From Psilocybe cubensis (taxonomy: Eukaryota): 64,000 nt of DNA. The position numbers and the translations under genes are program-made. The stretch is from contig CM039010.1 in assembly GCA_017499595.2 (NCBI GenBank), positions 186,001-250,000 on the forward strand, in the 5' to 3' direction. Shown piece by piece: positions 1 through 12,816 of this stretch (positions are counted from its first letter, which is position 1; each line of letters begins with the position of its first letter). The notes below the pieces were generated by a model. It worked only from the letters and a program-made list of their open reading frames with translations. It ran no database searches and had not been told where the DNA came from.

Positions 1-1383
1 TACCAGACGCAGCTTCCCACGCTGCTTATGATGGACGAAAATAAATGGAACTCAATAGACAGTATAAATTTTGTTCGCAGAAAACAGGAGCGGAGAGAAG
101 GCGCAACCTATGATGTGGAGAGATATTTCGATGAACCATTGCCACTTTTGGTGTCCCCGTCTCTCTGTGTTCGCCAACATATACAATCCATCGCCTGGAC
201 CCAGCGTGCCCTTTTCCATCGAGACCCATCCGCGGAGGTAATTGCTCTGAACCCGACCATAGGCATACCTTCAGCGAAAGAAGTGGTACGTACAATTAGC
301 TTTAAATTTATCAGTTTAATCAGTAACAAACACACCATGTAATCAAAAGGTTGAACATCTTAAAATTCTTGCTTTGCGGATTGCCCCTCATCACAACAAT
401 GATGCCTCCCTTATCGACGACCTTGCCGCAACATATACCTGGCTTAATGCCCACATCGATGATGCCAAGGAATATCTTCTAGAATGTCGAAATATGCCTT
501 TGTATCTCAACGTCAATGATCCCCGCAATGACACCTGGGACAACGCCTGGTCTCGAGGCACTGAAATGGTACTAGGGCTCCACTATGATACGGCTCGTTT
601 GAAAAGGGTAGGGCAATTCCTTGACCGGTACAACAATCTTCTGGATGCCTCCGGATGCATCACCATGAAAGCTTTGAACCTAATCATGGCAGCTCCCACT
701 CAGAACGTCAGGAATGTCACCCAAGATCTCAGAAACACATTTAACGAAATGCGCAAGGCTGCTGAACTTACGGATGTTGCTTTGATCCCGACTGCTACCG
801 AATCGAGTGCTACAGTTCCCGCTAAGGATGACCCTGAGCTTCGTGCGCATTACTCGTTCCTGGCTGCCACGATGCCTTATGTTCGAAGACACGCTCAAGG
901 ATGGTCGGCGACGAAACCGGGAGAGATAAAATTCTTTGGCTCAACCTTCGGAGCCAAAGCATTGTTGGGTATGTATTTTGGCGCTTTGACTTGGTTACCA
1001 AACGTTGATCGCTTTACATGGGTAGATTTTGCGTACACGGGCGACTTCAAACGACCTGCTCCAACAGCAGACGCTGGTCTGACTGCTTTGCTGAACGACC
1101 TTTTGGAGCTCCTTCCTATCGCAGACGAATGGGACATCCCTCAATTTAAATGCCTCATTGAACACAAGATCATTCACGAGTATGACATGATACAAAAGTT
1201 GCCTCACCATTACTCTATCAGTACGTTCATCCAAAACTATTGTTTACTTCAATTGTTAATCCATCTATATCTTCAGTGGTCCAGCAGGCTGATGTCTACA
1301 GCGCAGAGAATCTCAGGAAAGCTTTAACTCAGTTCCAAAAAGAGAACGCGGACTTCTTACGGGTATTGCAGGATGCAAGTTAG
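1..1383 (+). CDS. 3' part of a large multi-exon gene ending in a degenerate BTB/POZ domain (5' end outside window)
   Basis: ORFs 28-342 and 374-1327 join through a GT..AG intron 286-349 (PSAKEV|VEHLKILALRIAP). C-terminal FNEMRKAAELTDVALIP...AHYSFLAA...FAYTG...ELLPIADEW resembles BTB. Further introns near 969 and 1221; stop TAG 1381-1383. Confidence 0.7.
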
Positions 1384-1772
1384 GAACATATTCTGACTTA
1401 TATATTCTAACCATTGTTGTGTAACGAAGAGTATGGAAAAATACATCACCCATAATCGGGCATCGACACAGAGAAAAATGTGAAAAGCTCTGCTTCTAGC
1501 CTTAGTAAGTATCTGCCGCGCATCCCTTTCTCAAGTCTCTTCTTGGAACTGTAACCTCTTGCCAATGGTGCATGGACCATCCCGCCTCTGGGCCATACCT
1601 GTTACGAAGCCATAGAGACGAGTTATAGCACCCATATGGATCCAAAGCGCCCCTGGTCCCGAGTTTGAGCGCTTTTCTCGTTGTCAATGTCCCGCATTGA
1701 CGCTCGTTGTGCCAGCATATAAATAAAGCTAAGAAATTACTTCGACTTCACTGCCCGACCTGAAAACAAGCC

Positions 1773-2015
1773 ATGTCTTTTACCGAAGAATCCAACCAAA
1801 ACTCCACCCCGACAGATTACGCCTATCAAGTTCTCCAAAAGCTGCTTCATGAACACCTGAAGCTAACGGGCGGTGAGCTGATGAAGCAGCCAGACCAAAG
1901 TCAGTACTCACCCAGTCAACTTAATTTGGAGAATGGGACCATCGATCCAAGTATCATATCCAAAAGACCTCAGGGGTCCCCACACAAGAATACCTCATCG
2001 TCAAACAGAACCTAA
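1773..2015 (+). CDS. small hypothetical protein (80 aa)
   Basis: ATG-initiated ORF about 55 nt after a TATAAATA box (~1718); no recognisable domain. Confidence 0.3.
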   Translation: MSFTEESNQNSTPTDYAYQVLQKLLHEHLKLTGGELMKQPDQSQYSPSQLNLENGTIDPSIISKRPQGSPHKNTSSSNRT

Positions 2016-2416
2016 GAGCCCATGGTGGTCTTGTGGTGATCGCGGACTTGAATTATCTTAATATCAACTAGTTATCGTATTGTCTTTGACTGCGACATGA
2101 AATAAATGATTAAATATCCATACAATTAAATTTTTCTCTGACAAGAACAGAGTCCAAGTGATGCGATATCGGGTGCACATATTCCACGCTGTGGGCGAGT
2201 GGCGTTCAAATTGTTAAGTCCATCGCTATTGTTTGGTTCGAGTAAACATAGCAACGCGGTATTTGGCAAACACGCGCGATGCAAACAATAGTGGGACGTG
2301 TGTGCTTACATAAGGTGCCACGTCTGGAAAAGTGGTGAGGTGGCGAGTGATCTGTATTCTCCGCCAAATCACTTCTCTTTTCTTTACTTTCACCATCCCC
2401 CCGCGTTGAAGCCAGC

Positions 2417-4495
2417 ATGAGCGGGTGTATGTTTACCATCTTTTTTTCCCTTCAACAGCGCGAAATACTGACTTTAGCTGCATAGTTCGGTTCCTCAACC
2501 TCGTCCGGCCTTTCTTACCCATACTACCAGAAGTTTCCTCACCCGATCGCAAAGTATGCCTTCCCAGCTTCTAAAAGACGCCCAATTACACGTCCTAACG
2601 CCCGAACTTAAAGGTCCCATTCAACCAAAAAGTACTATGGACGGCGGTAACGCTCCTTATTTTCCTGGTGTGCTCTCAGGTGCCCCTGTACGGTATCATG
2701 TCCTCCGACTCCTCCGACCCTCTCTACTGGATGCGCGTCATCCTCGCCTCTAACCGTGGAACACTCATGGAACTTGGAATTACGCCTATTATCACTTCGG
2801 GAATGATCATGCAGCTTTTGGCGGGTGCCAACCTTATCGACGTCGATTTCAGCTTGAAGGAGGATCGTTCGCTGTTCAGTGGTGCTCAGAAACGTGAGTT
2901 TTGTTTTTATTGAGTCTTTTTCCAACTCCTACGACACCATCTCTTTACCTCGTCCATTCTTTTTGCATTCGCCACGTCAAACCATCCGCTACCTCGCACA
3001 CGTCACCCGTATTATTGCACAAGCGAGCCAGAATGACACGTACTAACTTCGTCGCCCAGTCTTCGCCCTCATTATCGCTCTCGGTCAAGCCACCGTCTAC
3101 GTTCTTACCGGTCTCTACGGACAGCCTTCGGACCTTGGTGCTGGTGTCTGTCTCCTGCTCATCATCCAGCTCATCGTCGCCGCCCTCATTGTCATCCTCC
3201 TCGATGAACTCCTCCAAAAGGGTTACGGTCTCGGTTCTGGTATCAACCTGTTCATCGCAACCAACATTTGCGAGTCCATCGTTTGGAAGGCGTTTTCCCC
3301 TACCACAGTCAACATTGGACGTGGAAGCGAATTCGAGGGCGCGTTAGTCGCGCTCTTCCACCTTCTGTTCACGTGGCACGATAAGGGCCGTGCTCTCCGC
3401 GAGGCATTCTGGAGAGAGCGTCTTCCCAACGTGATGTCGCTCATCTCGACGGTTATCATCTTTGCCGTGGTTATTTACCTCCAAGGATTCCGTATTGAGA
3501 TCCCTGTGAAGAGCAACCGCTTCCGCGGCCAACGTGGAACCTATCCTATCAAGTTGTTCTATACCAGCAACATGCCCATTATGCTCCAGAGTGCATTGAC
3601 TAGCAATGTCTTCATTGTATCTCAGATGCTCGCGTCGAGGTTCCCTAGGAACCTGTTGGTTAAAATTCTCGGTGTTTGGGAGGTATGAAAACATTTCCCC
3701 CCACTTTCCATTCTTTCTGACGTGTTTTTCTACTTGTAGCCTCTTGAGGATTCTCCTCAGCTCCGCGCCACTGGAGGTATCGCATACTACATGTCACCAC
3801 CCCACACCATCAAGGAGGCCGTCCTCGACCCCATCCACACCGCCATCTACATTACCTTCATGCTCTCTGCCTGCGCATTGTTCAGCAAGACCTGGATTGA
3901 GATCTCTGGTAGTGGACCCCGCGACGTCGCCAAGCAGCTGAAAGACCAACAGATGGTACGAATTCCGTTTCTCTTTTTTCTGTTGCGCAATGTTTCTCAT
4001 TATACTGTGAACAGGTTATGGCCGGTCACCGTGAGGGTTCGATGTACAAGGAACTTAAGCGCGTCATCCCCACGGCTGCGGCTTTCGGCGGTGCCATCCT
4101 CGGCCTGCTCTCCGTCGCCGCCGACCTTTCTGGTGCGATCGGTAGCGGAACCGGTATTTTGATGGCTGTTACTATTATTTATAGCTGTGAGTTTCTCATT
4201 TCTTTTTTCTTTTTCTCCCTTTTTCTGGGTTGGTTTTCTCCTTCTGTTGTTTTGACGTCACAAAAGGCTTTGACACGCCTGATTGGGCCGATCCCTAAAT
4301 TTTTGCTGGTTACAGATCCCTTTTGGTACATTTGGTTTCCCATTTAAAACACTTTCATTTCTTTACTGTGTCTTTTGTCATTCGTCCTCTTGCGATCGTC
4401 ATACTGATTACATTTAATTTATTTTTGCAGACTGGGAGATCGGCATGCGCGAATCTGGCGGGCCTGAGATGGCCGCGTTTGGCGATCTGCTATAA
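2417..4495 (+). CDS. SEC61: protein translocon subunit Sec61 alpha, multi-exon
   Basis: [15 protein letters not shown] start; motifs [74 protein letters not shown]; last exon [20 protein letters not shown]; canonical introns. Confidence 0.97.
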
Positions 4496-6154
4496 ACCAA
4501 AAATTATCGATAAATCCAGTCCTTACCTTTATTCCTCCCTCCCCATCCTTTCCTCCTCCCCTCCGTCCTGCTGTTCCGCGTTCATGCCCATGCCCCCGAC
4601 ACCTACATTCCTCTGGCTCTATGTTCCATTTTCCTATGTGTTTCTCCCAATATTTACTTGGTCTGTGATACGGCAAGTGGCGTGTCAATTACTTAATGTG
4701 TCTGATTGCCTTCCCTTTCGATGGCGTGGGGATGTTTGTGCGAGGCTAGGAGCTCAGAACGAGTAGAGGGGAGTGAAATGTGGAGTTCCGTGGGATGCCG
4801 GATGGGGGGAGTAGGAGGAACTCGAAAACGTGGCGACCAATCAACCACGCGTGCATGCGTACAACTAGGGCGGGAGAGATGTGGGTCTGTTCTTTAGGTA
4901 CAAGATTTTTGAAATATTATAATTTATAGTTGGTTTCATCGAGAGTTGCATCCCTTCGCATCCGAAGAAATCGAGGAGGTTGAACAGCTTCACGGCTGAG
5001 CATTCGGTGGTACATATACAATTCCAAAAGAAGTAAACACATTTAGCAGAAGAGTTGCTGTTCAGCACTGCTGCGGAAGGAAGAAGTTTTGAAAGAAGCT
5101 TGGGTTTCGGAGGTTTACATTCGCATGACACTTTGATAATCTGACTTGTTTGATAAGTACGTCCCTGTGTTTTCTGTCTCAGGGCAGACCACACACACAA
5201 ACTTCCTAGTTTCATTAATTTTTACATAGGCTCTAACTATTACTGGTTTGTGACATCTTTGTTCATTTATTCAATCAAAGGTGACTACTTGTGCAGCAAA
5301 GATTAACCGCTCGTGGCTGAACGATGATATTATGTGTGTTTTCATGGTATTTAGATGCGTGGAATGCCCAAACCTAAATGTGTAGTCCACTGTTCGGACT
5401 TTAGAAATGTTGAAGCTTGTGGACAGCGGCCGTCGGACCTCGGAGTGATGCAAAACCTGGTGCACACCAGAGGAAAGGAATCGATTTACATGTGGATGGC
5501 GGCGTTCCGTTTTTCCACAACCGATTACATATATATCTTTGTGTGTACATGACGTGGAAAGAATCCACTGGTAGATTTGCTTTGAATCGCTCGGACTGAC
5601 TTCGGTCTAAATGGAACACAAAGACAATGAGCGCTTGCTGATTCGATAAGAATTTTTCCACAATAATTTATGACTTCTTCCGAGGCTCGAAATCCGTAAA
5701 CAATCAAGGTTGCCGAGTTTTGAACTTGATGGCTTCGCGAATAGACTCTGTAGTCTCAGATTAGCAGCGAATGAGATCACAATATAACGAAAATACTGGC
5801 GACTTTATCCTGAGCGTAGCCTCCTTCAAAACTTGCAGTGTCGCAGATTTCGGAATCGTTACGTCCGAAAGAGAATGAACCCAAAACAAAGGCCATTGGA
5901 CTGATACTAGAATGTGTATTTTTGTATCAATCAGCGCGGAAGCCGCTCTTCCTGCAGAGAAATCTTCAAAACTGAGTCAGCCATACCTCAACTAATTTCC
6001 CGAAAGAGATTGGTACCTTTGTTTTTACTGTAGATTGACCTGATCGCGTGTAAGCTTGTTCTCGGTGATATTTTCTTGTGACCTTTTGACTCCAATGCTG
6101 TATTCTAAATATAAGTTCCGACCGAACGGTATATAGGTTGCATTTTACTGGAGG

Positions 6155-6719
6155 ATGAGCCTCAGCTTAGACTCGAAACCAAAGCCACTCTCATCGACTC
6201 CTCTAGCATATCTCTATATCGTTGCTATCAGTGAGTGCGAGTTATATTTTCAAAAAACGTTACTTATCCGTGCATTTAGTGGATGCTGCTGGACCATACA
6301 CTAGCGAAGATCTCATTGTCCCCTTCCAAATGGTGGTCGTACGAGACATACGGTCGAACATGTATGAAATGTACCTCAAATGCGGAGCAACGAAGCGTAA
6401 ACACAAATGGTGGAAAATGGACCAGGATACTTCAGTAGCCAGAGGAAGACGCACTCCGTTGTGGGGAGAGAATGTTCAGCCAGTGTTGGAAAGGTGGCAT
6501 GAGGTTGTGTCATTCGAATCTACGGAACACACCACCGTGGCCAACGCGTGCAACGTCTTCCCTAACGTTTTTTCTCTCCCACAAGATTTCTACAATCCAA
6601 GGATTTCTGTCGAGAGCATAGAATCGTTGTGGTGGGTTTGCGCTGTTGTTAATGTTATGGAGAAAGAAGGGTATATACCAGAGGGTTCCCTTGAAAGTAT
6701 CCCCAAGGCGACTAATTGA
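6155..6719 (+). CDS. small hypothetical protein, two exons
   Basis: ATG 6155 (MSLSLDSKPK...), GTGAGT..TAG intron at ~6231-6279 joins in frame to ORF 6222-6719 ending WVCAVVNVMEKEGYIPEGSLESIPKATN*. Confidence 0.5.
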
Positions 6720-7174
6720 TTACTGGAGTAAGGTCTTTAAAACATCAGAATAGTTTTTTCCTCACAACACTGACTTTGGTCTGCAGGAAAGAAAATACAT
6801 GTCGTCACCAATCCTAAAGAAAGAAAGAAAGTCAAAGTTATGATTCGTTTGTATGAAAGACAACCTATGTCGATGTCGTCTGCAGAGGATATGGTGCAGT
6901 AGCACATCTTATCTACGGTAATTTACCCGTACCCGTGTAGATGATCGGAATTCTGTATATGCTCTGCTTGATTCAAATATTATCAAATTTACATCCAATA
7001 TGCATGGGTGGCAGGCGTCGTAAACCTTATCTCGTTTTCGGGGTCGGACGGAAATCAACCAGTTCAAGTTCCGCTGATCTCGGCAAGGGCCAGGCTGATG
7101 CTGATGTCAGGTTCATCCATGCTCATACACGCAATCAACAACTTCTTTACTCCTGACAATTTTCAGGTCGATTA

Positions 7175-8257
7175 TTGTGGGCTTGGTCAACCAATAAGCC
7201 ACATACATCCGCGCTACAGAGTTATCAAAACAATATCTCACGCCAGCTCTACAATTTCAAATGGAAACTGCCAACACCTGCCTCGGAGGGATGGTGCTGT
7301 CGGCGGAGAAGGAGGAACTTGAAGCTTGCGGATCCAAGTAATGCCTTTGTCTGTGAGTATCCCGGGCAACCTTGAAGCTATCTATACCCTATGGTTTCCT
7401 ACAGTGATGCTTTGGGGTGGTTCCTCTTCCAAGATGAAACCTCATCCGCCACGGATTGCACTCCAACGTCATCAAACGATCATCCAACCGCGGATACGTT
7501 TGCATCGATCTTGCAAAAAAACAGTGCTCAATCTTTGATCATGCAAGGGTCACTTCTCCTTTGTATCTTTTCTATCCTCCACAATTTTTGTTCGCGTTAC
7601 TTAAACCCCTGAAACGCGTCAAACTCTTTGGCCAGGGTATTTTCTCTGTTCTGACACCCCGTTTAGCTCGGTTTCTTCGACTCTCCGGGTCATGGAAGGA
7701 TGAATCTTCAATCAATGGAGCCACGCACATTTATACTTATCTCGATATCTTGACACTTTTGACATGGTGCTAGCTATCCTCTGGAGAAATCGGTGGGATG
7801 CGAAACCGAGGACAATGTAGACGATTCATGATGATGAGCTGGCATACATGAAAGTGTATTCCTGACTTATTACTGGAGAAATACTCTTCACATTGTTGGA
7901 TCGGAGTCTTTTGGAACACACGCAAAGCGAGGATACGGGACAATTTCGTTCTAGCGGCCTCCTAAAAAGTTCCAATGTAATCTGGCAGACTGATATCGGC
8001 ATGTTCAATCATCCTCTAGTACTGGGCAGTCGTATTACATGTTTTCACCGCAGGCACGCGCATTTGGCAGTATCGTAGAGTCATTAGATGGCAAGAACCG
8101 CTTTGTATGGGACATAAATAGAGCGGTTGTCAGGATGCTGGCCTCACTTCCGACGCCGAGAAAACAGCGTGACTTTGTTACGGAAGCCAACCCAGATACC
8201 TCGACTATGCTATGTACCACCAAATTTGTCTGCAAAGCAACAATCTTGATAGACTGA
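7175..8257 (+). pseudogene. probable decayed gene of unknown family
   Basis: In-frame protein-like ORFs 7175-7375 and 7391-7612 separated by a single TGA, followed by further fragments 7893-8078 and 8039-8257 in shifted frames. Confidence 0.3.
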
Positions 8258-8880
8258 CATGTGTAAGCTAGTACGTACCTGCTTTTAGTATACTTCTATT
8301 ATATGTGTGGCAATTGTTGGATGGAGTACTTGAGGTCAAGTAGGTCGCCATTCCATGTACACTATTTTGGTCCATATGGAACTGAGGGTCTTGAATATTG
8401 GCATTGAAGTATTACACTAGTTCGTGTGATAACGCTTCATTAGAGCCATCTGTGGCGTTCAGTCAGTCGCAGACCATACGGTCTTTGAAAGCGTGGTACA
8501 AAAACAATTTTCGACAGAGAGAATGAATACATTATACCGGACGAAAAACATAGTATTATCTGGAATGTCTCCTTGACATTTGAATATCCGCTCATGTGTA
8601 CCTCGGAATGCTGTGTAAAATTTATAGTAGAAGCGAGTGGGAGAATGAATAACATGGATTTGGGATTGATTGATGTCACTAGCCTATTCAATTGATTCGC
8701 AACTATTTTTTATCGGCCACATATTTATAATTACCTCCTTGACCGTTATAGCACATGGGCAAAGTCAATACTAACTCCAGGCCACATTTTAATTGGGCAC
8801 CAGCTGGAATGGGTGTCACACTCTGGAAATATCATAGTATTCATTAATGTAACAAAGTCTTCGCCGTGAAGAATGCATTT

Positions 8881-8903
8881 GATTTTGATTTTGATTTTGA
8901 TTT
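8881..8903. repeat. (GATTTT)n short tandem repeat, ~4 units
   Basis: gattttgattttgattttgattt read directly. Confidence 0.8.
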
Positions 8904-9952
8904 AAAACAAGCGTCTAAAGCTTGATTACTTTTCTTCAGTGATTTGAAAGATACTGGAAGATATTACATTTTGAACTTCTCGGGAGATGGTATCTGAATA
9001 CTCTGATTAGATAGAAAGGCTACGGGTAACTAAGAGTTTTATAAATCCCCGAGAGATTTTCATGGGATAGGGATACCTTTATGCATCATTAGCAGTGCTC
9101 AGTACCAATACAGTGGATTATTCCAAAAATTTCATGTTGTGTGTCTGTCTGTCTGTGTGTTTGCTTTGCACTGCTACACTTTATGTAGTGATGGCGCATC
9201 AATGTCACCAGGTGGAGGTACAATCACTTCCATGGTAATCAGTCCGTGAGACCTTGCCGCATACATTTATGACACCGTGTAATCAGTGTCCGGGACGACA
9301 CCAACTTAGCGTTGGATAAACAACTCTGATATACGATCATCATCTAACAGTTATATTTATGAACCTTGCTTGACTAATTTATACATTGTAATCTTCGTAT
9401 AACAGTCAATCAAAGGCAAGTGTCACTTTGAGACCATATAATTACCAGTGAGCGCGGTTTGCCTGTGCGGAAACGTCTCACTAAAGTGCTAAAAAAGGAT
9501 GATCAGACATATCTGTAACTTGAGCAACATTCAAGAAAAAAAGATCGCTTCTTAGGAGCGAACCTTAGCAATATTCATCATGAATAGTCTGTAGTCATGA
9601 TGACGATGTAGCATCTCTTCGTTGAGAAAACTTGAACCTTGTAATATAATGGTGAACTTTTCCCTCTCTGAGAATATATACTCAGTCACGCGTGCTCGCT
9701 CTCTCGCTCTGATTGCTTATATGTAACGTTAACGTTAAACGCGCCTCGTTGAGAACGGCTCTGGGTGGCCTAGTTACTTGGGGTAGGGCTTCAGATTATT
9801 TTTAGCCTAGAGATGGCACATCGACTTTTATGGAGGAATGGAGATCTTACTAGTCCGAAAATATATCCAGCAAGTAATATATACGTTAGCTTGTACAGAT
9901 AGAGTCCCCACAGAGTATCTAATCCTTTACCACCTTGTATTATAAAACCACT

Positions 9953-12453
9953 ATGGGGCAAGCACTTTCATATCTTAGCATCAGTGTCAGCACAATCGAC
10001 AAGACCACCATTCCGACGTTTGTGAAGCCACCAACAGAGTTGAATATCGAATATGTCTTTGACTTCCACTTGGAAAACAATCCTACATACACCGCCTTCC
10101 AGCACCCAGATAGCACGCAGTCTGGTACCATGCGATATTACACCTATGCGGAGGTCGTCCCTGCCATTCATCGCGCAGGAGGTCTCATTTCCACATCAAT
10201 AGGAAGGCAGGATATTCAAAGTGATACGTCCCCAGTGGTCGCTGTTTTCGCAGAGATCAGTAAGTACAGCTACGGGTGCCTCTATACCATCGCGGTTAAT
10301 CTCTTTTCATCTGAACATATAGATAACCTGACATATGCTACGCATCTTCTGGTATTTATTTGGGTTTCGGAATACTGCCATTAGTTGACATCTTCTTTCA
10401 TGCCAGGGTCTTCTTCGTGCTGGGATTACCGCCTTCTTGATATCACCACGCTTTCATTCTACAGTCGTTGCCGAATTACTGAGAATGGCTAGACCGACTC
10501 ATGTCCTGGTTAGCGATAATTTACGAGATATCGCACTACAGGCAGTATCAGATATGCATGCGACGAAGTCATCCAGCGATGAAGTTGTTCCGGTTGTCGT
10601 CGATTTGCCGCCTCATGAAAAGCTGTACCCAGGTCATAACAGCTTCGACAGACTCCCTCGACACCACGAGAATTTCTCCAAGAAGTCCCTAATCGTTCAT
10701 TCATCAAGTAAGGCTGCACGCTTCTGTCCCTGAATATTAGCCTAACATTCAATGCGAGGCTCCACGTCTTCGTGTCCTAAGATCATTCCATGGACATCCA
10801 ATTACATTCGGGCAAACTCTATCGGTATTGGTGCGTACGTTTCCAGAGTTGTGCAACATACTTCGGCTCATAAACAAGCTCCCTCTAAAGAGTATTCGGA
10901 TGTCAACTTCGAAGGAAAAGTACTAGGTGGACAATCGGCTGAGTTTTTCCACACTGCAGGGTTATACATCCTATTCGGAATGGTGTGTAAAAGCTCGTGT
11001 GAATGATCACCGGTTAGTTGGCTTACCGACTGATAATACAGCCACGAGTCGGATTCATAATGGCTGTTATGCCTCCTGCTGATCCTCGTGCTGTAATACC
11101 CGCCAATAGAGACATGGTTTACGAGGGGTACAAGCAAAGCCAAATTGATATTGGCTGGGCGTCACCACGTTTCCTGGAAGTAAGCCGGAGTTATTGCATA
11201 GCTTTAACAATCAAAGCTCACAACGTTTATTTAGGCATGGTCTAAAGAACCCGAGAACATCAGCTACCTATCTAATTTGGATTGCATAGTGAGCCTTACA
11301 ATGTCATTGATGGGAAAGTATTGGAAATGGACCCATTCTATACAGATCTATGGCGGCTCCGCACTTAGTAAAGCAGCGGGAGACAAGCTTTCCTCCCATG
11401 GAGTCAAGCTTTGTAACGCATACGGAGCGTGAGTTAATCATTCTGCTGCGCACGCGTGTGTATTGACTAATTATTATTCAGAACCGAGGTTGGGGCAATT
11501 AGCAAATTTGTCTCTGGTACGTACAGTAGCTGATTGACATTATTCTCTGTCAGGGCACTAACGTTCAGTATAGAGCCACAAACAACTGACTGGGAGTACT
11601 TCAACCTCAATCCTGGGATCAACTACGAGCTTCTTCCTCGTGAAGACGGATTATTTGAGGCTGTCATTGTGGTAAGCCTCTTGTCCAAATGTACAATAGA
11701 TTATCGGACACTGATTAATACCCTCCACCAGTACCAAAAGGGTTATCACGAGATACCTGTCTGCGAGGTAGAATGGAAAGGGAAACCGGCATATGCTTGC
11801 GGAGATTTGCTTACACCTCATCCTATCAAACGTAATTTTTACAAAGTGGTAGGCCGGAACAAGGACATGATTCTACTATCTTCAGGCCAAGCGGTATGTG
11901 CAAATCAATTATAATCATCATCCTGCCTAACATGCCAGCTACGACATAGGTCAATCCGGTTTACATTGGTATGCATTATCTTTGATTATATGAATATCCA
12001 TTGATAAATGTTTTCTTGTCAGAGGACGCCCTTCGTGCACATCCAGATATCAAAGATGCAGTTATATTTGGACAGGGGAGGCCTTTCCTCGGTATATTGG
12101 TTTCCCCAAATCCTTCAGCGCCCGTCCTGGGAAAGGACAGAGAGGCTATGTGCGATCGTATTTGGTAAATTAGGTATTTAAATCGACTGGCCTTTTCTCA
12201 TCCCATTTGACAGGGCCGTGATTGAGGAATACAACAAGACACTTCCAGATTACTCACGTCTTAGAAAAGAGGTATGTAGACTTAAATCTCGAAGCGAACG
12301 ATAGTGATATCGATTATATCAATTCTCTAGGCGTTTTTGCTATCAGATGTTGCACGGCCTTTCCTATACGGAGAAAAGGGTTTATCTAAACGGTCTTTGA
12401 TCTTAGATGAGTACAGAGATGAAGTTGAGAAGTGCTATATGAATCTTCTTTAA
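9953..12453 (+). CDS. adenylate-forming (AMP-binding) enzyme; stand-alone A domain of the fungal NRPS-like/carboxylic-acid-reductase type, many short exons
   Basis: YTYAEVVPAIHRAG, ISPR, P-loop-like LIVHSSSSTSSCPKIIPWT, FFHTAG, YGGSAL, NAYGA|TEVG, YACGDLLTPHP, VVGRNKDMILLSSGQAVNP, AVIFGQGRP, FLYGEKG; stop TAA 12451-12453 with no T or R domain following. Confidence 0.85.
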
Positions 12454-12816
12454 TAGTACTTTTCTACTCTATTTGCTTTATAATGTATCAATGCTAGCTT
12501 TTAAGATTTGTATTTCTACTACTAATAGCTGTATGTATATGTAATATATGTATACATCATTGTTGGTTTCGATCCCCATCCACCGAATGTTGGTGTCATT
12601 TTCTTATTGATCTATAGGCATACGTGTTTCACTCTATATAATGCGATGGGGATATACGATACCATGAAACTTCAAATTGAAGAGATCCATGTAGGATAAG
12701 TATCAAACAGCGCCCGCCGGCTCGAGTTTGGTTATACTATGCGTCGTTCTCAAATAGAACTCCTTTCCACGAAGTGATATATATTTAGACCAAGTGTAAC
12801 CCAAAGGTTCGAAGGC

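Noticed and set aside
2901-3347. Ser-rich 148-aa ORF
   Set aside because: Alternative frame across a SEC61 intron and exon.
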